DNA from: Verrucomicrobiales bacterium
Lineage (GTDB): Bacteria > Verrucomicrobiota > Verrucomicrobiia > Verrucomicrobiales > V1-33
NCBI GenBank assembly: GCA_018003315.1
Contig: JAGNEJ010000016.1
Span: 35-64,034 of the forward strand
Reading direction: 5' to 3'
Length of the DNA stretch: 64,000 bases
Below the pieces are notes generated by a model. The model was given only the letters and a program-made list of their open reading frames with translations. It had not been told where the DNA came from and did not search any database. A program made the translations under genes and the position numbers. Shown here piece by piece: positions 9,930 to 19,171 of the stretch (its first letter is position 1; every line of letters begins with the position of its first letter).

Positions 9930-10933
9930 CCGGATTTCTCTTCCGCCCGCGTCGGCAGACGCAGCAGATGCCAGGCGCGGGTGAAGACGGTATCGTCAAA
10001 CCCCATGGCTCTTTTCAACAGATAGTCCCGTTGAATGAGGTTCGTTTCCGCGGAGGCGGCGCGGGCATCGGACTTCGATATTAGCCCGCGCATCCTTGCC
10101 CAGAGGCCGCTGACCGGCACTGGGAAATCGCTCCCGTGAACGACGCGCGGCATGATCTGCGGTTTCAGACACGGACGCAGGCCGTGGCTGCGGTTGGGGG
10201 TGTTCAGCGAGCTGATGTCTGCAAAGAGGTGGGGATAGTCACCGAGCATGGCGATGAAATCCGCCATGAAATCCCGCTCCAGCCAGCGCGGGCCGCTGCG
10301 GGTGGCGGCATGGGCCGCAATGACGGTGACGCCGCATTCCAGCGGCTGCCGCAGCAGCCGGGGATCGAACAGGCGCTTGTCCCGGACCGGGACGGTGTAT
10401 TCGCCGCCGGTGTGCGCCAGGAGTGGCAGCCGCGCCTGGGCCATGCGTTGAAAGAACTCCCGGTAGGCCGGGCGGGAGCAGTCGATGTTCTGGCTGGGGG
10501 GCAGGATTTTCAGCATGACCGCACCGGCGTCGAGGCAGCGCTCCAGTTCGTCCAGGGCATCGCGGCGCGCGGGATGGATCGACACTGCGGGGAGGAATTC
10601 CGGGTGGCGTTTTGCCAGTTCGAGCACCCATTGATTGGAGGTGTGAAATGTGCCGAAATCCAGGCGACGGCCGGATTCTTCATAGACTTCCTCGTGGGCG
10701 AGAATCACCACGTGGCTCAGTGCGGAGGCGCGGACGAGCCCGGCAAGGTATCCGGCGTAGCGTTCGTCGAAATCAGGGTCCTTCAAATCGGCGCGGAAAC
10801 GAATGCTGCGCAGCAGGGATTCTCCAGCCAGGCGGCGGTAAGGATTGAGGCGCATCCAGCAGCCGGATCCGGATTTTCCGTTTCCGACGATGTGGACATG
10901 CATGTCGATGGGCGTTGTGGCTGGTTCTGTCAT
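9926..10933 (-). CDS. amidohydrolase-2 family metal-dependent TIM-barrel hydrolase
   Basis: The ATG at 10933 gives MTEPATTPIDMHVHIV (HxH metal motif). Later LLAHTGG, AAHAA and HGSDFP motifs fit the family. The longer ORF to 11179 overlaps the divergent CDF gene and is unlikely. Confidence 0.6.
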   Translation of the reverse strand: MTEPATTPIDMHVHIVGNGKSGSGCWMRLNPYRRLAGESLLRSIRFRADLKDPDFDERYAGYLAGLVRASALSHVVILAHEEVYEESGRRLDFGTFHTSNQWVLELAKRHPEFLPAVSIHPARRDALDELERCLDAGAVMLKILPPSQNIDCSRPAYREFFQRMAQARLPLLAHTGGEYTVPVRDKRLFDPRLLRQPLECGVTVIAAHAATRSGPRWLERDFMADFIAMLGDYPHLFADISSLNTPNRSHGLRPCLKPQIMPRVVHGSDFPVPVSGLWARMRGLISKSDARAASAETNLIQRDYLLKRAMGFDDTVFTRAWHLLRLPTRAEEKSG

Positions 10934-11015
10934 CGCGCAGACAGTGGCATGGATTTGCGGCATGGAAGGGAAATTCCTTGCCCGTCCCAGCCCCCAGCAC
11001 ACCTTGGCAGTTCTG

Positions 11016-11945
11016 ATGACTTCGACTCCGGTCGTGCTTTCCCGATACGCGTGGCTTTCCATCGCCGCCGCGGTGGCAACCTTTGTGCTCAAACTGGCGG
11101 CATGGAGGATCACCGGCTCCGTGGGCATGCTTTCGGATGCGCTGGAGTCCATTGTGAATCTCGCCGCCGCCATGGTCACCCTGGCCTCGCTGCATGTGGC
11201 CGCGCAGCCGGCAGACGATGAGCATGCCTACGGCCACACCAAGGTGGAATACTTTGCCGGCGGCATTGAAGGCGTGCTGGTGATTGTCGCCGCGGTGGGC
11301 ATCGGCTGGAGTGCGGTGGACCGTTTTCTGCATCCGCAGAACATGGAAGCACTGGCGGCAGGCATCGGCGTTTCCTGCGCCGCGGCGCTCATCAATATCG
11401 TCGTGGCCCGCATCCTGGCATCAGCGGGGAAGCGGCATCACTCCGTGGCGCTCCAGGCGGATGCCCGCCACCTCATGACCGATGTGTGGACGACGATTTC
11501 CGTGCTGGCAGCCCTCCTGCTCGTGGGGCTGACCGGCTGGGACCGGATCGATCCCGTGCTCGGAGTGCTGCTGGCCATGCACATCGTGGCGACCGGGGTC
11601 AAACTCATCCGGGAGGCGATGCTGGGCCTCATGGACACGGGATTGCCGCCCGACGACATTGCCAGAATTCGCGCGGTGCTGGATCACTATGCCGCCGAGG
11701 GCATTCGTTACCATGCGTTGCGGACGCGGCAGGCGGCACGGCGTCGGTTCATGTCCGTCCATGTGCTGGTTCCAGGGGAATGGACGGTGAACAGGGCGCA
11801 TGCCCTGGTCGAAGATCTGGAGGCGGGCATCCGCAGAGCGGTGCCGCGGCTCACAATCATGACCCACCTCGAACCACTGGAGGATCCCGCCTCTTGGGAG
11901 GATGTGGAGCTGGACCGGGTGCAAAAACCCGAGTCCGCACCCTGA
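11016..11945 (+). CDS. cation diffusion facilitator (CDF) family divalent-metal efflux transporter
   Basis: ITGSVGMLSDALES in TM2 and HLMTDVW in TM5 are CDF signatures. A C-terminal cytoplasmic domain is present. The ATG at 11016 is chosen so the protein starts just before TM1. Confidence 0.8.
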   Translation: MTSTPVVLSRYAWLSIAAAVATFVLKLAAWRITGSVGMLSDALESIVNLAAAMVTLASLHVAAQPADDEHAYGHTKVEYFAGGIEGVLVIVAAVGIGWSAVDRFLHPQNMEALAAGIGVSCAAALINIVVARILASAGKRHHSVALQADARHLMTDVWTTISVLAALLLVGLTGWDRIDPVLGVLLAMHIVATGVKLIREAMLGLMDTGLPPDDIARIRAVLDHYAAEGIRYHALRTRQAARRRFMSVHVLVPGEWTVNRAHALVEDLEAGIRRAVPRLTIMTHLEPLEDPASWEDVELDRVQKPESAP

Positions 11946-11990
11946 GCCTGTCATTGTCTTGCGGGATTTGCGGTTCCATATTTCGGCAAG

Positions 11991-13388
11991 ATGAAACACC
12001 TGATCGACGAACTCGCTGCGCTGCTGGGCCCTGACCGGGTTTCGGTGGAGGAATCCGTTCTGCGGGAGCACCGTGCGGACAAATGGTTTGCCGCCTGCAT
12101 TCCGGATGTGGTGGTGTTTGCGCAGTCCACCGATGATGTGAGCCGCACCCTGACATTTGCCGCACGGCACCGCATTCCGGTGACCGCCCGGGGCGGGGGA
12201 GTCGGCTATGTGGGCGGGTGCGTGGCGCTGCAGGGCGGCATTGTTCTTTCCCTGGTCAGGATGAACCGCATTTTGGAAATCAGCCCGGCGGATGGAGTGG
12301 CGGTGGTGCAACCAGGAGTCATCACCGGCGACCTGCAGCGCGAGGTGCAGCGGCTGGGGTGGTTTTTCCCGCCGGACCCGGCCAGCCTGAACGAATGCAC
12401 GCTGGGCGGCAACGTGGCGACCAATGCCGGCGGGCCGCGGTGTGTGAAATACGGGGTCACCCGGCATTATGTGCTGGGATTGGAGGTCGTGCTGGCCAGT
12501 GGCGAAGTGCTGCGCACGGGGAGCCGCTGCCACAAAAACCGCACGGGTTTCGACCTCGTCGGCCTTTTCGTCGGTTCCGAAGGCATGCTGGGAGTGGTTA
12601 CGGAGATAACCTTTCGTCTGATTCCCTGGCCGCCGTGCCGGCGGATGATTTCGGCGGGCTTTGCCAGCTTTGAAGAAGCGGCAGCAGCGGTGCAGGCGGT
12701 ATTTTCCGGCGGGTTTTTGCCGTCGGTCATTGAAATCACCGATGGTTTCACGCTGGAAGCCGCACGCCAATACAAGGGGGCGTCGATGGTTCCCGCGGGG
12801 CAGGCGCATTTGCTGGTCGAAATCGACGGGCAGGAAAAAGCCGTGGAGGAAGACTTGGCGGCACTGACGCAGTTGGTGCGCGGTCTGGGGCCGGTGCAAT
12901 TGGACATCGCCTCCACCGAGGAGGCGTGCGAATCCATCTGGGCGCTGCGCCGGGCATTTTCCTACAGCCTGCGGGCGACCGGGCTCATCAAACTCAACGA
13001 AGACATCGTCGTTCCGCGCAGCCGGTTGGTGGATCTGGTGCAGTTCTGCGAGTGGCTGCAGAAGGAATCCGGATTTCCCATCGCCTGCTTCGGCCATGCC
13101 GGGGACGGCAACATCCATGTGAACATCATGGTGGCGGAAATGGATTCCCCGGAAGCGAAAGTGGCGGCGGAGGATGCGCTGGACCGCCTGTTTGCAAAAG
13201 TGCTCGGCTGGGGAGGCGTCATTTCCGGGGAACACGGCATCGGCATTGCCAAAAAACGCTGGTTCTCCCAGGCCGCCTCCCCTGTTTCCCTCCGCGTGCA
13301 CGAGGCCTTGAAGCAGGCACTGGATCCGCAGGGGATTCTCAATCCCGGCAAATTTCTGGATCCGGTTTCGAACGAAACCCGCGCCTGA
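11991..13388 (+). CDS. FAD-linked oxidase (GlcD / D-lactate dehydrogenase-like)
   Basis: 465 aa. FAD-binding PCMH-type N-domain (VTARGGGVGYVGG), a GHAGDGNIH motif and a C-terminal GEHGIG motif, all typical of GlcD/D-LDH. Confidence 0.8.
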   Translation: MKHLIDELAALLGPDRVSVEESVLREHRADKWFAACIPDVVVFAQSTDDVSRTLTFAARHRIPVTARGGGVGYVGGCVALQGGIVLSLVRMNRILEISPADGVAVVQPGVITGDLQREVQRLGWFFPPDPASLNECTLGGNVATNAGGPRCVKYGVTRHYVLGLEVVLASGEVLRTGSRCHKNRTGFDLVGLFVGSEGMLGVVTEITFRLIPWPPCRRMISAGFASFEEAAAAVQAVFSGGFLPSVIEITDGFTLEAARQYKGASMVPAGQAHLLVEIDGQEKAVEEDLAALTQLVRGLGPVQLDIASTEEACESIWALRRAFSYSLRATGLIKLNEDIVVPRSRLVDLVQFCEWLQKESGFPIACFGHAGDGNIHVNIMVAEMDSPEAKVAAEDALDRLFAKVLGWGGVISGEHGIGIAKKRWFSQAASPVSLRVHEALKQALDPQGILNPGKFLDPVSNETRA

Positions 13389-13541
13389 CAAGGACGGGAC
13401 TTCTCCCGGCGAGAGCCCGCTTGATTAGGGGGAAACAGGCGTTGGATCAGGGGCAAATCCGAACCGTGCAGGAAGTGCCGCTTGCCTCGCGCAAAGGGCG
13501 TGCTATGCACCTGCGGTCAGCCATTTTCCAATTACATGCTC

Positions 13542-14528
13542 ATGAAACAGCCAATTCGCATCGCCGTCACCGGAGCCGCCGGGAACATCGGGTATTCCAT
13601 TTTGCCCCGCCTGGCATCGGGCGAGGTATTCGGACCGGATCAGCCGGTCATTCTGCACCTGATTGAGATTCCGCAGGCCATCCAGGCGCTCGGCGGAGTG
13701 GTGATGGAATTGGATGACTGTGCCTTTCCGCTCCTGCGCGGCATCGTGGCCACAGACAGTCTGGAGGAAGGTTTCAGCGGGGTGAACTGGGCGGTGCTGG
13801 TGGGCAGCGTGCCGCGCAAGGCGGGCATGGAGCGCAAGGATTTGCTGGGGATCAACGGGAAGATTTTCACCGGCCAGGGACAGGCGATCCAGAAGAATGC
13901 CGCCAGCGACGTTCGCGTGCTGGTGGTCGGCAATCCGTGCAACACCAACTGCCTCATTGCGATGAACAACGCAAAGGACATTCCGGCGGAGCGCTGGTTT
14001 GCCATGACCCGGTTGGACGAAAATCGTGCGAAGTCCCAACTGGCGGCAAAGGCGGGGCGGCACTGCAGCGAGGTGACGAACCTGGCGATCTGGGGGAATC
14101 ATTCCGCCACGCAGTATCCCAATTTCTACGATGCAAAAATCGGCGGCAAACCGGCGACGGAAGTGATCACCGACACCGCCTGGCTCCAGGGGGAATATTT
14201 GACCACGGTCCAGCAGCGCGGAGCGGCGATCATCAAGGCGCGGGGGCTGTCGTCCGCCGCCAGTGCGGCCAACGCTGCGCTGGACTCCATCAAGAGCGTC
14301 ATCACTCCGACGCCGACGGGGGACTGGACCAGCCTGGCGGTCTGTTCCGACGGAAGCTACGGCATCCAGCAGGGGCTGATGTTTTCCTATCCAGTGCGCA
14401 GCAGCGGCAGCACCTGGGAGATTGTGCAGGGGCTGGAACTGAATGCGTTCAGCCGGGAAAAGATCGCGGCAACGGAGACGGAACTCAAGGAGGAGTGGGC
14501 CGCCGTCAAGGAACTGGGACTCATCTGA
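13542..14528 (+). CDS. mdh: malate dehydrogenase (LDH-like type 2, NAD-dependent)
   Basis: [31 protein letters not shown] Rossmann start, VVGNPCNTN, and IWGNHS catalytic His region. 328 aa from the ATG at 13542. Confidence 0.9.
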   Translation: MKQPIRIAVTGAAGNIGYSILPRLASGEVFGPDQPVILHLIEIPQAIQALGGVVMELDDCAFPLLRGIVATDSLEEGFSGVNWAVLVGSVPRKAGMERKDLLGINGKIFTGQGQAIQKNAASDVRVLVVGNPCNTNCLIAMNNAKDIPAERWFAMTRLDENRAKSQLAAKAGRHCSEVTNLAIWGNHSATQYPNFYDAKIGGKPATEVITDTAWLQGEYLTTVQQRGAAIIKARGLSSAASAANAALDSIKSVITPTPTGDWTSLAVCSDGSYGIQQGLMFSYPVRSSGSTWEIVQGLELNAFSREKIAATETELKEEWAAVKELGLI

Positions 14529-14591
14529 CACGGCCAAGACATATTTCCCGCCGGCAGGAACACTGCCAAAGCCTCGCAACCGGATTCCAAC

Positions 14592-15737
14592 ATGAGCGCG
14601 CCTGTATTCAATCGCAAGAACCCCTGCATCGCCCGCCTGAAACGGGCGGTCAAATTGTCCGCGGAAACTTCGCCGAAGGACACGCGGCACTTTGAACTCG
14701 ATCTGGCGGGCAGCGGCATGACGTTCGAGCCGGGCGACTCGCTGGCAGTGCTCCCGACAAACGATCCCGCCCTGGCAGAGGAAGTTCTGGCCGCACTGGG
14801 ACATGGTGGGGAAGAGCCGGTGACCGACCTCGACAACCGCCCGGTGACCTTGCGGGAAGCGCTTTTTTCCTCCTGCGCCATCACCATTCCTGACAAGAAA
14901 TTCCTCCAGGCGATCGTCAGCAAATGCGGCGCTGCCGCGGGCGAATTGGAGGCACTGCTCGCACCGGAGCGGAAAGAGGACCTCCAAAAACGCCTCTATG
15001 GCCGGGAGGTCATCGACTTCCTGCTGGAATACCCGCAGGCGAAGTTCGAGCCGCAGGAATTCGTGGGGTTGCAGAAGAAGGTGCAGGTGCGCCTGTATTC
15101 CATTTCCAGCAGCCTGAAGGCGCATCCAGACCAGGTGCATCTGACGGTGGCCACCGTGCGCTATGCATCGCACGGGCGAAACCGCAAAGGAGTGGCATCC
15201 ACCTTCCTGACGGAAAGGATCACCGCAGACACGCCCATTCCCACCTTCATCAATCCAGGAAAGGGATTCCGCCTGCCCCCGCCAGACGCGGAAACACCGA
15301 TCATCATGTGCGGTCCGGGAACCGGGATTGCCCCATTCCGGGCATTTGTTCAGGAACGCCAGGCCACCGGCGCCAAAGGAAAGGCCTGGCTGTTCTTCGG
15401 CGAAATCAGCCGCCACACAGACTTCTTCTACGAAAACGAGTGGGCGGACCATCTCAACAACGGCACGCTGACCCGGCTCGATACCGCATTTTCCCGCGAC
15501 CAGTCCGAAAAAATCTACGTCCAGCACCGCATTCGCGAGGCTGCCGCGGACCTATACGCCTGGCTGGAGGAGGGGGCGATTTTCTACGTCTGCGGTGATG
15601 CCGCACGCATGGCTCTGGACGTGGACAAGGCGCTGCACGACGTCATCCAGACCGCCGGCGGCAAGACTCCCGATCAGGCCGCCGAATACATGGAAAAGCT
15701 GAAGAGCGAAAAGCGCTACCGACGCGACGTCTATTGA
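14592..15737 (+). CDS. CysJ-like FAD/NADPH-binding reductase (sulfite reductase flavoprotein alpha-type, lacking FMN domain)
   Basis: RLYSISSS FAD motif, GPGTGIAPFRAF NADPH motif, and C-terminal YVCGDA...RYRRDVY ending, typical of the CysJ/CPR family. Confidence 0.75.
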   Translation: MSAPVFNRKNPCIARLKRAVKLSAETSPKDTRHFELDLAGSGMTFEPGDSLAVLPTNDPALAEEVLAALGHGGEEPVTDLDNRPVTLREALFSSCAITIPDKKFLQAIVSKCGAAAGELEALLAPERKEDLQKRLYGREVIDFLLEYPQAKFEPQEFVGLQKKVQVRLYSISSSLKAHPDQVHLTVATVRYASHGRNRKGVASTFLTERITADTPIPTFINPGKGFRLPPPDAETPIIMCGPGTGIAPFRAFVQERQATGAKGKAWLFFGEISRHTDFFYENEWADHLNNGTLTRLDTAFSRDQSEKIYVQHRIREAAADLYAWLEEGAIFYVCGDAARMALDVDKALHDVIQTAGGKTPDQAAEYMEKLKSEKRYRRDVY

Positions 15738-15764
15738 TGGAAGCAACGGGCTGTCCCGTGCGGT

Positions 15765-16355
15765 TCAAGCGGGAAGCGCGGTTTCCTCCTCCTGCTCGGC
15801 AATGTCCTTTGCCGTGAGCGACCAGCGACGCATGGTCATGCCACCGCGGGGAACCACGGCCTGTCCCACCACCGCACTCAGTTCCCCGGCGTCATACAGA
15901 TAAAGTGCCGGGTGCAGGAAAGTTTCGTCGCCCACGATCAGCTTGGGAAGGCATACCTGCCGGAAAAACTCCAGCTCCACCGCGATGCTGACGCCCAAGG
16001 TGGTTGTAAGGGGGGCGCTTTCAAGATGCCCCACCACACCGGAGTCGTTGGCCAGGTCTGTGATGATGCCTGCATCCGGGTGCAGGGAAACAACCAGCCC
16101 TGGGCTTAGACTGGACACCCCAAGGCCGGATGTGGACAACAGGCCAAAGAGGATCTTCTGCGTCGGACAGGGCAGTAGGCATTCGAATTCAAAACGCAGG
16201 ATCCCTCTGGGATGCGGCACCGCACGCGTCTTCAGTCTCTCCACGGTGTAAAGAGTCTGGGTGGCGTCCGCAAGAATCATGCTTTTGGGCTTCCTGCGGG
16301 CTTTCGCCTGTTTCGTTTCGAGGATGAATTGACGCGTGAAAAGCAGCGGGAGCAT
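15765..16355 (-). CDS. hypothetical protein
   Basis: 196-aa ORF with ATG at 16355 and no motif I recognise. Coding-like composition. Its upstream region is the AT-rich island at 16356-16618. Confidence 0.4.
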   Translation of the reverse strand: MLPLLFTRQFILETKQAKARRKPKSMILADATQTLYTVERLKTRAVPHPRGILRFEFECLLPCPTQKILFGLLSTSGLGVSSLSPGLVVSLHPDAGIITDLANDSGVVGHLESAPLTTTLGVSIAVELEFFRQVCLPKLIVGDETFLHPALYLYDAGELSAVVGQAVVPRGGMTMRRWSLTAKDIAEQEEETALPA

Positions 16356-16618
16356 GTCGCAGAAAATTGAAATTTCGTCTGTGTCCTTGAAATTATAATT
16401 ATTCCCGCATTTTTATGGAAATTCAAGAATTATTACCAATTCTTTGCTGGAATTTCCGGATTTCCATGAATTCCGAAAAACTAATAATCAACATCAATTA
16501 AATAACTCCCAAAACGACCAGGCGAAAATCGTTTTTGAAGGGCGGCATGGATGGGTGAATTGCCGTTGAGGCAGAGGAAATTCAGCAAATTACGAGGTCA
16601 GTTCGTTTGAGAAGAAAA
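16356..16618. promoter_or_regulatory. AT-rich intergenic island with repeated GGAAWTTC / GAAATTTC motifs (probable promoter/operator region)
   Basis: By hand count, 16361-16500 is about 29% G+C in a ~60% G+C window. Contains the perfect palindrome GAAATTTC (16370-16377), GGAAATTC at 16417-16424 and 16576-16583, GGAATTTCC at 16449-16457, and GGATTTCC and GAATTCC nearby. Confidence 0.35.
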
Positions 16619-17734
16619 TTACGTCCAAAGAAACTCTACAATGCTGTCCACCAAGAGTTTACCACGATTGATGAGAGCGAGTTTTCTATCCTGCAACTTC
16701 GCCAACCCACCCATTTCCAATTGTTCGAGTTTGCTGGGATCCGTGGATTCCAGAATGGAGAGGTCCACGCCTTCTGCCGTCCGCAGTTCCAAGGCCAACC
16801 GTTCGCAGATCCATTGCTGTGGGGTCAGATGTTCGATTTCTCCAGCAGGCGGCGCACCGTTATCAAGAAGGCGGATGTATTTTCCAGTATCCTCGACATT
16901 TTTGGTGCGGATGCGATCGATGGTTGAAACCGCGCTTGGTCCCAGACCCAGGTAGTCGGCCCCCCGCCAATACCCGGAATTATGGCGGGACTGGCATCCT
17001 GGCTGGGCGTAGTTGGAGGTCTCGTAGTGCAGAAACCCAGCCGCTTCCAAGAATTGTTCAGTTCGGGTAAAGAAGGTTTCGTCTGCATTCTCATCCCTGG
17101 AATATTCACCGGAGCGAAATCGCTCAAAGAACTGAGTGTCTTCCTCATAGGTCAGGTTGTAACAGGAAATGTGGTCGGGGCGCAGTGCCACGGTTTGGCG
17201 CAATGAATCCATCCAAAGGTCCAAAGGTTGATTCGGAATGGAAAACATGAGGTCCATGCTGACGACAGGGAACGAAGCCCTGCGCAGCGCAGCGAAGGAT
17301 TCTGCGGCTTCGGCAGGGGTGTGATCCCGCCCCAGCGTTTTCAGGGTTGCTGCATCCCAGGCCTGCACTCCCAGGCTCGCCCGGGTTACCCCGCAGCTTC
17401 GCAACAGGGAGAGCTTGTCGGGTGTGAGACTGCGGGGGTTCATTTCCACAGACCATTCCACCGGAGTGGGATTTCCCAATGCGTTCAGAAATTTTGGCAA
17501 AAAATTCTCCAAATGCTTTGTGCTTAACATGGAAGGCGTGCCGCCACCCCAGTAAATTGTTTCCACCGCCAACCGCTCGCCCCACTTGGTGGCGGCGAGC
17601 TTCGTTTCCTGGATGACTGCCTCCAGAAAAGCCGGAATGTCTGTGCCGCCGGGTTGGTGTTTATAAAAGGAGCAATAGGGGCAGATGCGGTGACAGAAGG
17701 GAATGTGGAGATAAACGTGGGGGATCGGTGGCAC
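16619..17734 (-). CDS. hemW: radical SAM heme chaperone HemW (HemN-like, oxygen-independent coproporphyrinogen oxidase family)
   Basis: GTG start gives (M)PPIPHVYLHIPFCHRICPYCSF, which holds the CxxxCxxC radical-SAM cluster motif. The 371-aa length fits HemW rather than HemN. Confidence 0.85.
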   Translation of the reverse strand: MPPIPHVYLHIPFCHRICPYCSFYKHQPGGTDIPAFLEAVIQETKLAATKWGERLAVETIYWGGGTPSMLSTKHLENFLPKFLNALGNPTPVEWSVEMNPRSLTPDKLSLLRSCGVTRASLGVQAWDAATLKTLGRDHTPAEAAESFAALRRASFPVVSMDLMFSIPNQPLDLWMDSLRQTVALRPDHISCYNLTYEEDTQFFERFRSGEYSRDENADETFFTRTEQFLEAAGFLHYETSNYAQPGCQSRHNSGYWRGADYLGLGPSAVSTIDRIRTKNVEDTGKYIRLLDNGAPPAGEIEHLTPQQWICERLALELRTAEGVDLSILESTDPSKLEQLEMGGLAKLQDRKLALINRGKLLVDSIVEFLWT

Positions 17735-17884
17735 GGGGCGATGTTAACCAGACCTCTGCCGTTTGAAAGCCTGCAAATTTCCGCTCAGCGAGGCGCACGG
17801 CGTTTTTAGCGGAAATCAGAAGCCGCCGGGCTTTGCTCGCTTTTTTGCGATCCAGAGCTAGTTTTGCGTTCTTTCCACCTCTCC

Positions 17885-18694
17885 ATGCTCGCTTCCCTGG
17901 CTGATTACCATACGCACAACCTTCTTTGCAAACATGCCGAGGGATGGCCGACGGAATACGCCCGTCACGCTGCGGACCTGGGACTGGGAGAGATCGGCAT
18001 GTCTGATCACAGTCCCATGCCAGGGTATTTCGACAACTGGCGGATGCTCGATGAAGAATTTTCCACCTACCTGCAGTCGGTCGAAGCAGCCCGTGAAAAT
18101 CATCCACAAATCCCTGTACGTCTGGGGCTTGAAGTGGATTTCTTTGAAAATGGCGGCGACTGGATTGAATCACTCGCGACACGGGCACCCTGGGATTACC
18201 TGATCGGCTCGGTGCATTACCTGGGCGACTGGGCGGTGGACGATCCCTCACTGGTCCACCGGTTCCGGGACCAGAAGGTGGAGGTGGTATGGGATCGCTA
18301 TTGGACACTTTTCCGGCTTGCCGCCAAATCAGGGTTTTTCGACATCATGGCTCACCCGGACTTGGTCAAAAAATTTGGCCACCGGCCCGCCGGAGACTTG
18401 CGGCGTTACTACGAGCCCGCCGTGCAGGCGATCGTGGACGCAGGGGTGGCGATTGAAATCAACACCGCCGGCTTGTTTAAGGAGGTGCACGAGATATATC
18501 CGGCTCCGGAATTTCTAAAACTGGCTGCCGGTGCCGGTGTCCCCTTGGTCATTTCAAGCGATGCGCACCACCCAGCGGAAGTAGCTCGTTGCTTCCACGA
18601 AGCGGTGGCCCTGGCACGGCAGTGTGGGTTCACACACACCGTCCGGTTCGCACAGCGACAGCGTCACCAGGTGCCGTTGCCGCTTGGAGAATAA
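17885..18694 (+). CDS. histidinol-phosphatase, PHP family (HisK-type)
   Basis: MLASLADYHTHNLLCKHAEG (PHP HxH motif), MSDHSP, GSVH, AHPD and SSDAH motifs. The ORF-track start at 17864 is TTG, so I prefer the ATG at 17885. Confidence 0.7.
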   Translation: MLASLADYHTHNLLCKHAEGWPTEYARHAADLGLGEIGMSDHSPMPGYFDNWRMLDEEFSTYLQSVEAARENHPQIPVRLGLEVDFFENGGDWIESLATRAPWDYLIGSVHYLGDWAVDDPSLVHRFRDQKVEVVWDRYWTLFRLAAKSGFFDIMAHPDLVKKFGHRPAGDLRRYYEPAVQAIVDAGVAIEINTAGLFKEVHEIYPAPEFLKLAAGAGVPLVISSDAHHPAEVARCFHEAVALARQCGFTHTVRFAQRQRHQVPLPLGE

Positions 18695-18697
18695 AGT

Positions 18698-18733
18698 AAA
18701 TCCAAGCCGCTTCGGTGCGGCTTGGATTTGAAA
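18698..18733. terminator. bidirectional rho-independent terminator between convergent genes
   Basis: Perfect stem AAATCCAAGCCGC (18698-18710) / GCGGCTTGGATTT (18717-18729) with loop TTCGGT. An A-run lies on one side and a T-run on the other. It sits between the stops at 18694 (+) and 18758 (-). Confidence 0.6.
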
Positions 18734-18757
18734 ATGGTCAGAATACTGCGGGAGGCT

Positions 18758-19069
18758 TCAATATCCGTAATAGGGATCGCGGCCATAGTAACGGCGCGGG
18801 GGCGGCGGAGGAGGCGGCGGTTGATTATTCGCCGCATTGCGATCATCCGCCGCGGCACCGAGCAGACCACCGGCAATGATTCCTGCTCCGGCCCCAATGG
18901 CGGCTCCTTCCAGGCCCCGTCCGCTTTGGTGGCCGATGATGCCACCGAGTCCGGCACCGGTCAGACCGCCGATGGCGGCTCCCGCTTTGGTGTTGGGGGC
19001 ATAGGTGTTGCAGGAAACGCCTGTGAACAGGATGCCGCAGGCAAGTAGGATGGGAGATAACTTTTTCAT
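18758..19069 (-). CDS. glycine-zipper lipoprotein with C-terminal poly-proline / Tyr-rich tail
   Basis: The ATG at 19069 gives MKKLSPILLACGILFTGVSC (lipobox GVSC). GxxxG-rich glycine zipper (GGLTGAGLGGIIG...GAGAGIIAGGLLG). Eight consecutive Pro codons are read directly in the DNA. Confidence 0.65.
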   Translation of the reverse strand: MKKLSPILLACGILFTGVSCNTYAPNTKAGAAIGGLTGAGLGGIIGHQSGRGLEGAAIGAGAGIIAGGLLGAAADDRNAANNQPPPPPPPPRRYYGRDPYYGY

Positions 19070-19171
19070 GGAGGGGAGTTCAATTTTGGAATGGTGGATG
19101 GCATGGCCACCGCGGTTGGTCGCGGCAAACGCATCCGGTCGATTGGACGCAGGCCCTGCGAAGACATTCAA

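Noticed and set aside
10944-10960. Sigma-54-like TGGCAT-N-TTGCG element upstream of the CDF gene
   Set aside because: GG and GC are separated by 9 nt rather than the required 10. No enhancer-binding protein gene is nearby.
11421-13391. 656-aa ORF on the minus strand
   Set aside because: It is entirely antisense to the well-supported CDF and GlcD-like genes. Its Arg/Pro/Gly-rich composition has no motifs. This is a typical stop-free shadow frame of high-GC3 coding DNA.
13503-15527. 674-aa ORF on the minus strand
   Set aside because: It is antisense to mdh and the CysJ-like reductase, both with unambiguous motifs. Low-complexity Arg/Gly/Pro composition.
15765-16355. PilZ domain in the 196-aa hypothetical protein
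   Set aside because: An Arg-rich patch (KARRKPK) and NDSGVVG look superficially like RxxxR and D/NxSxxG. The spacing within the second motif does not fit the PilZ consensus.
16389-16470. Type III toxin-antitoxin-like tandem RNA repeats upstream of the 196-aa hypothetical gene
   Set aside because: The repeat units are only loosely similar and irregularly spaced. The downstream protein shows no resemblance to ToxN/AbiQ-type toxins.
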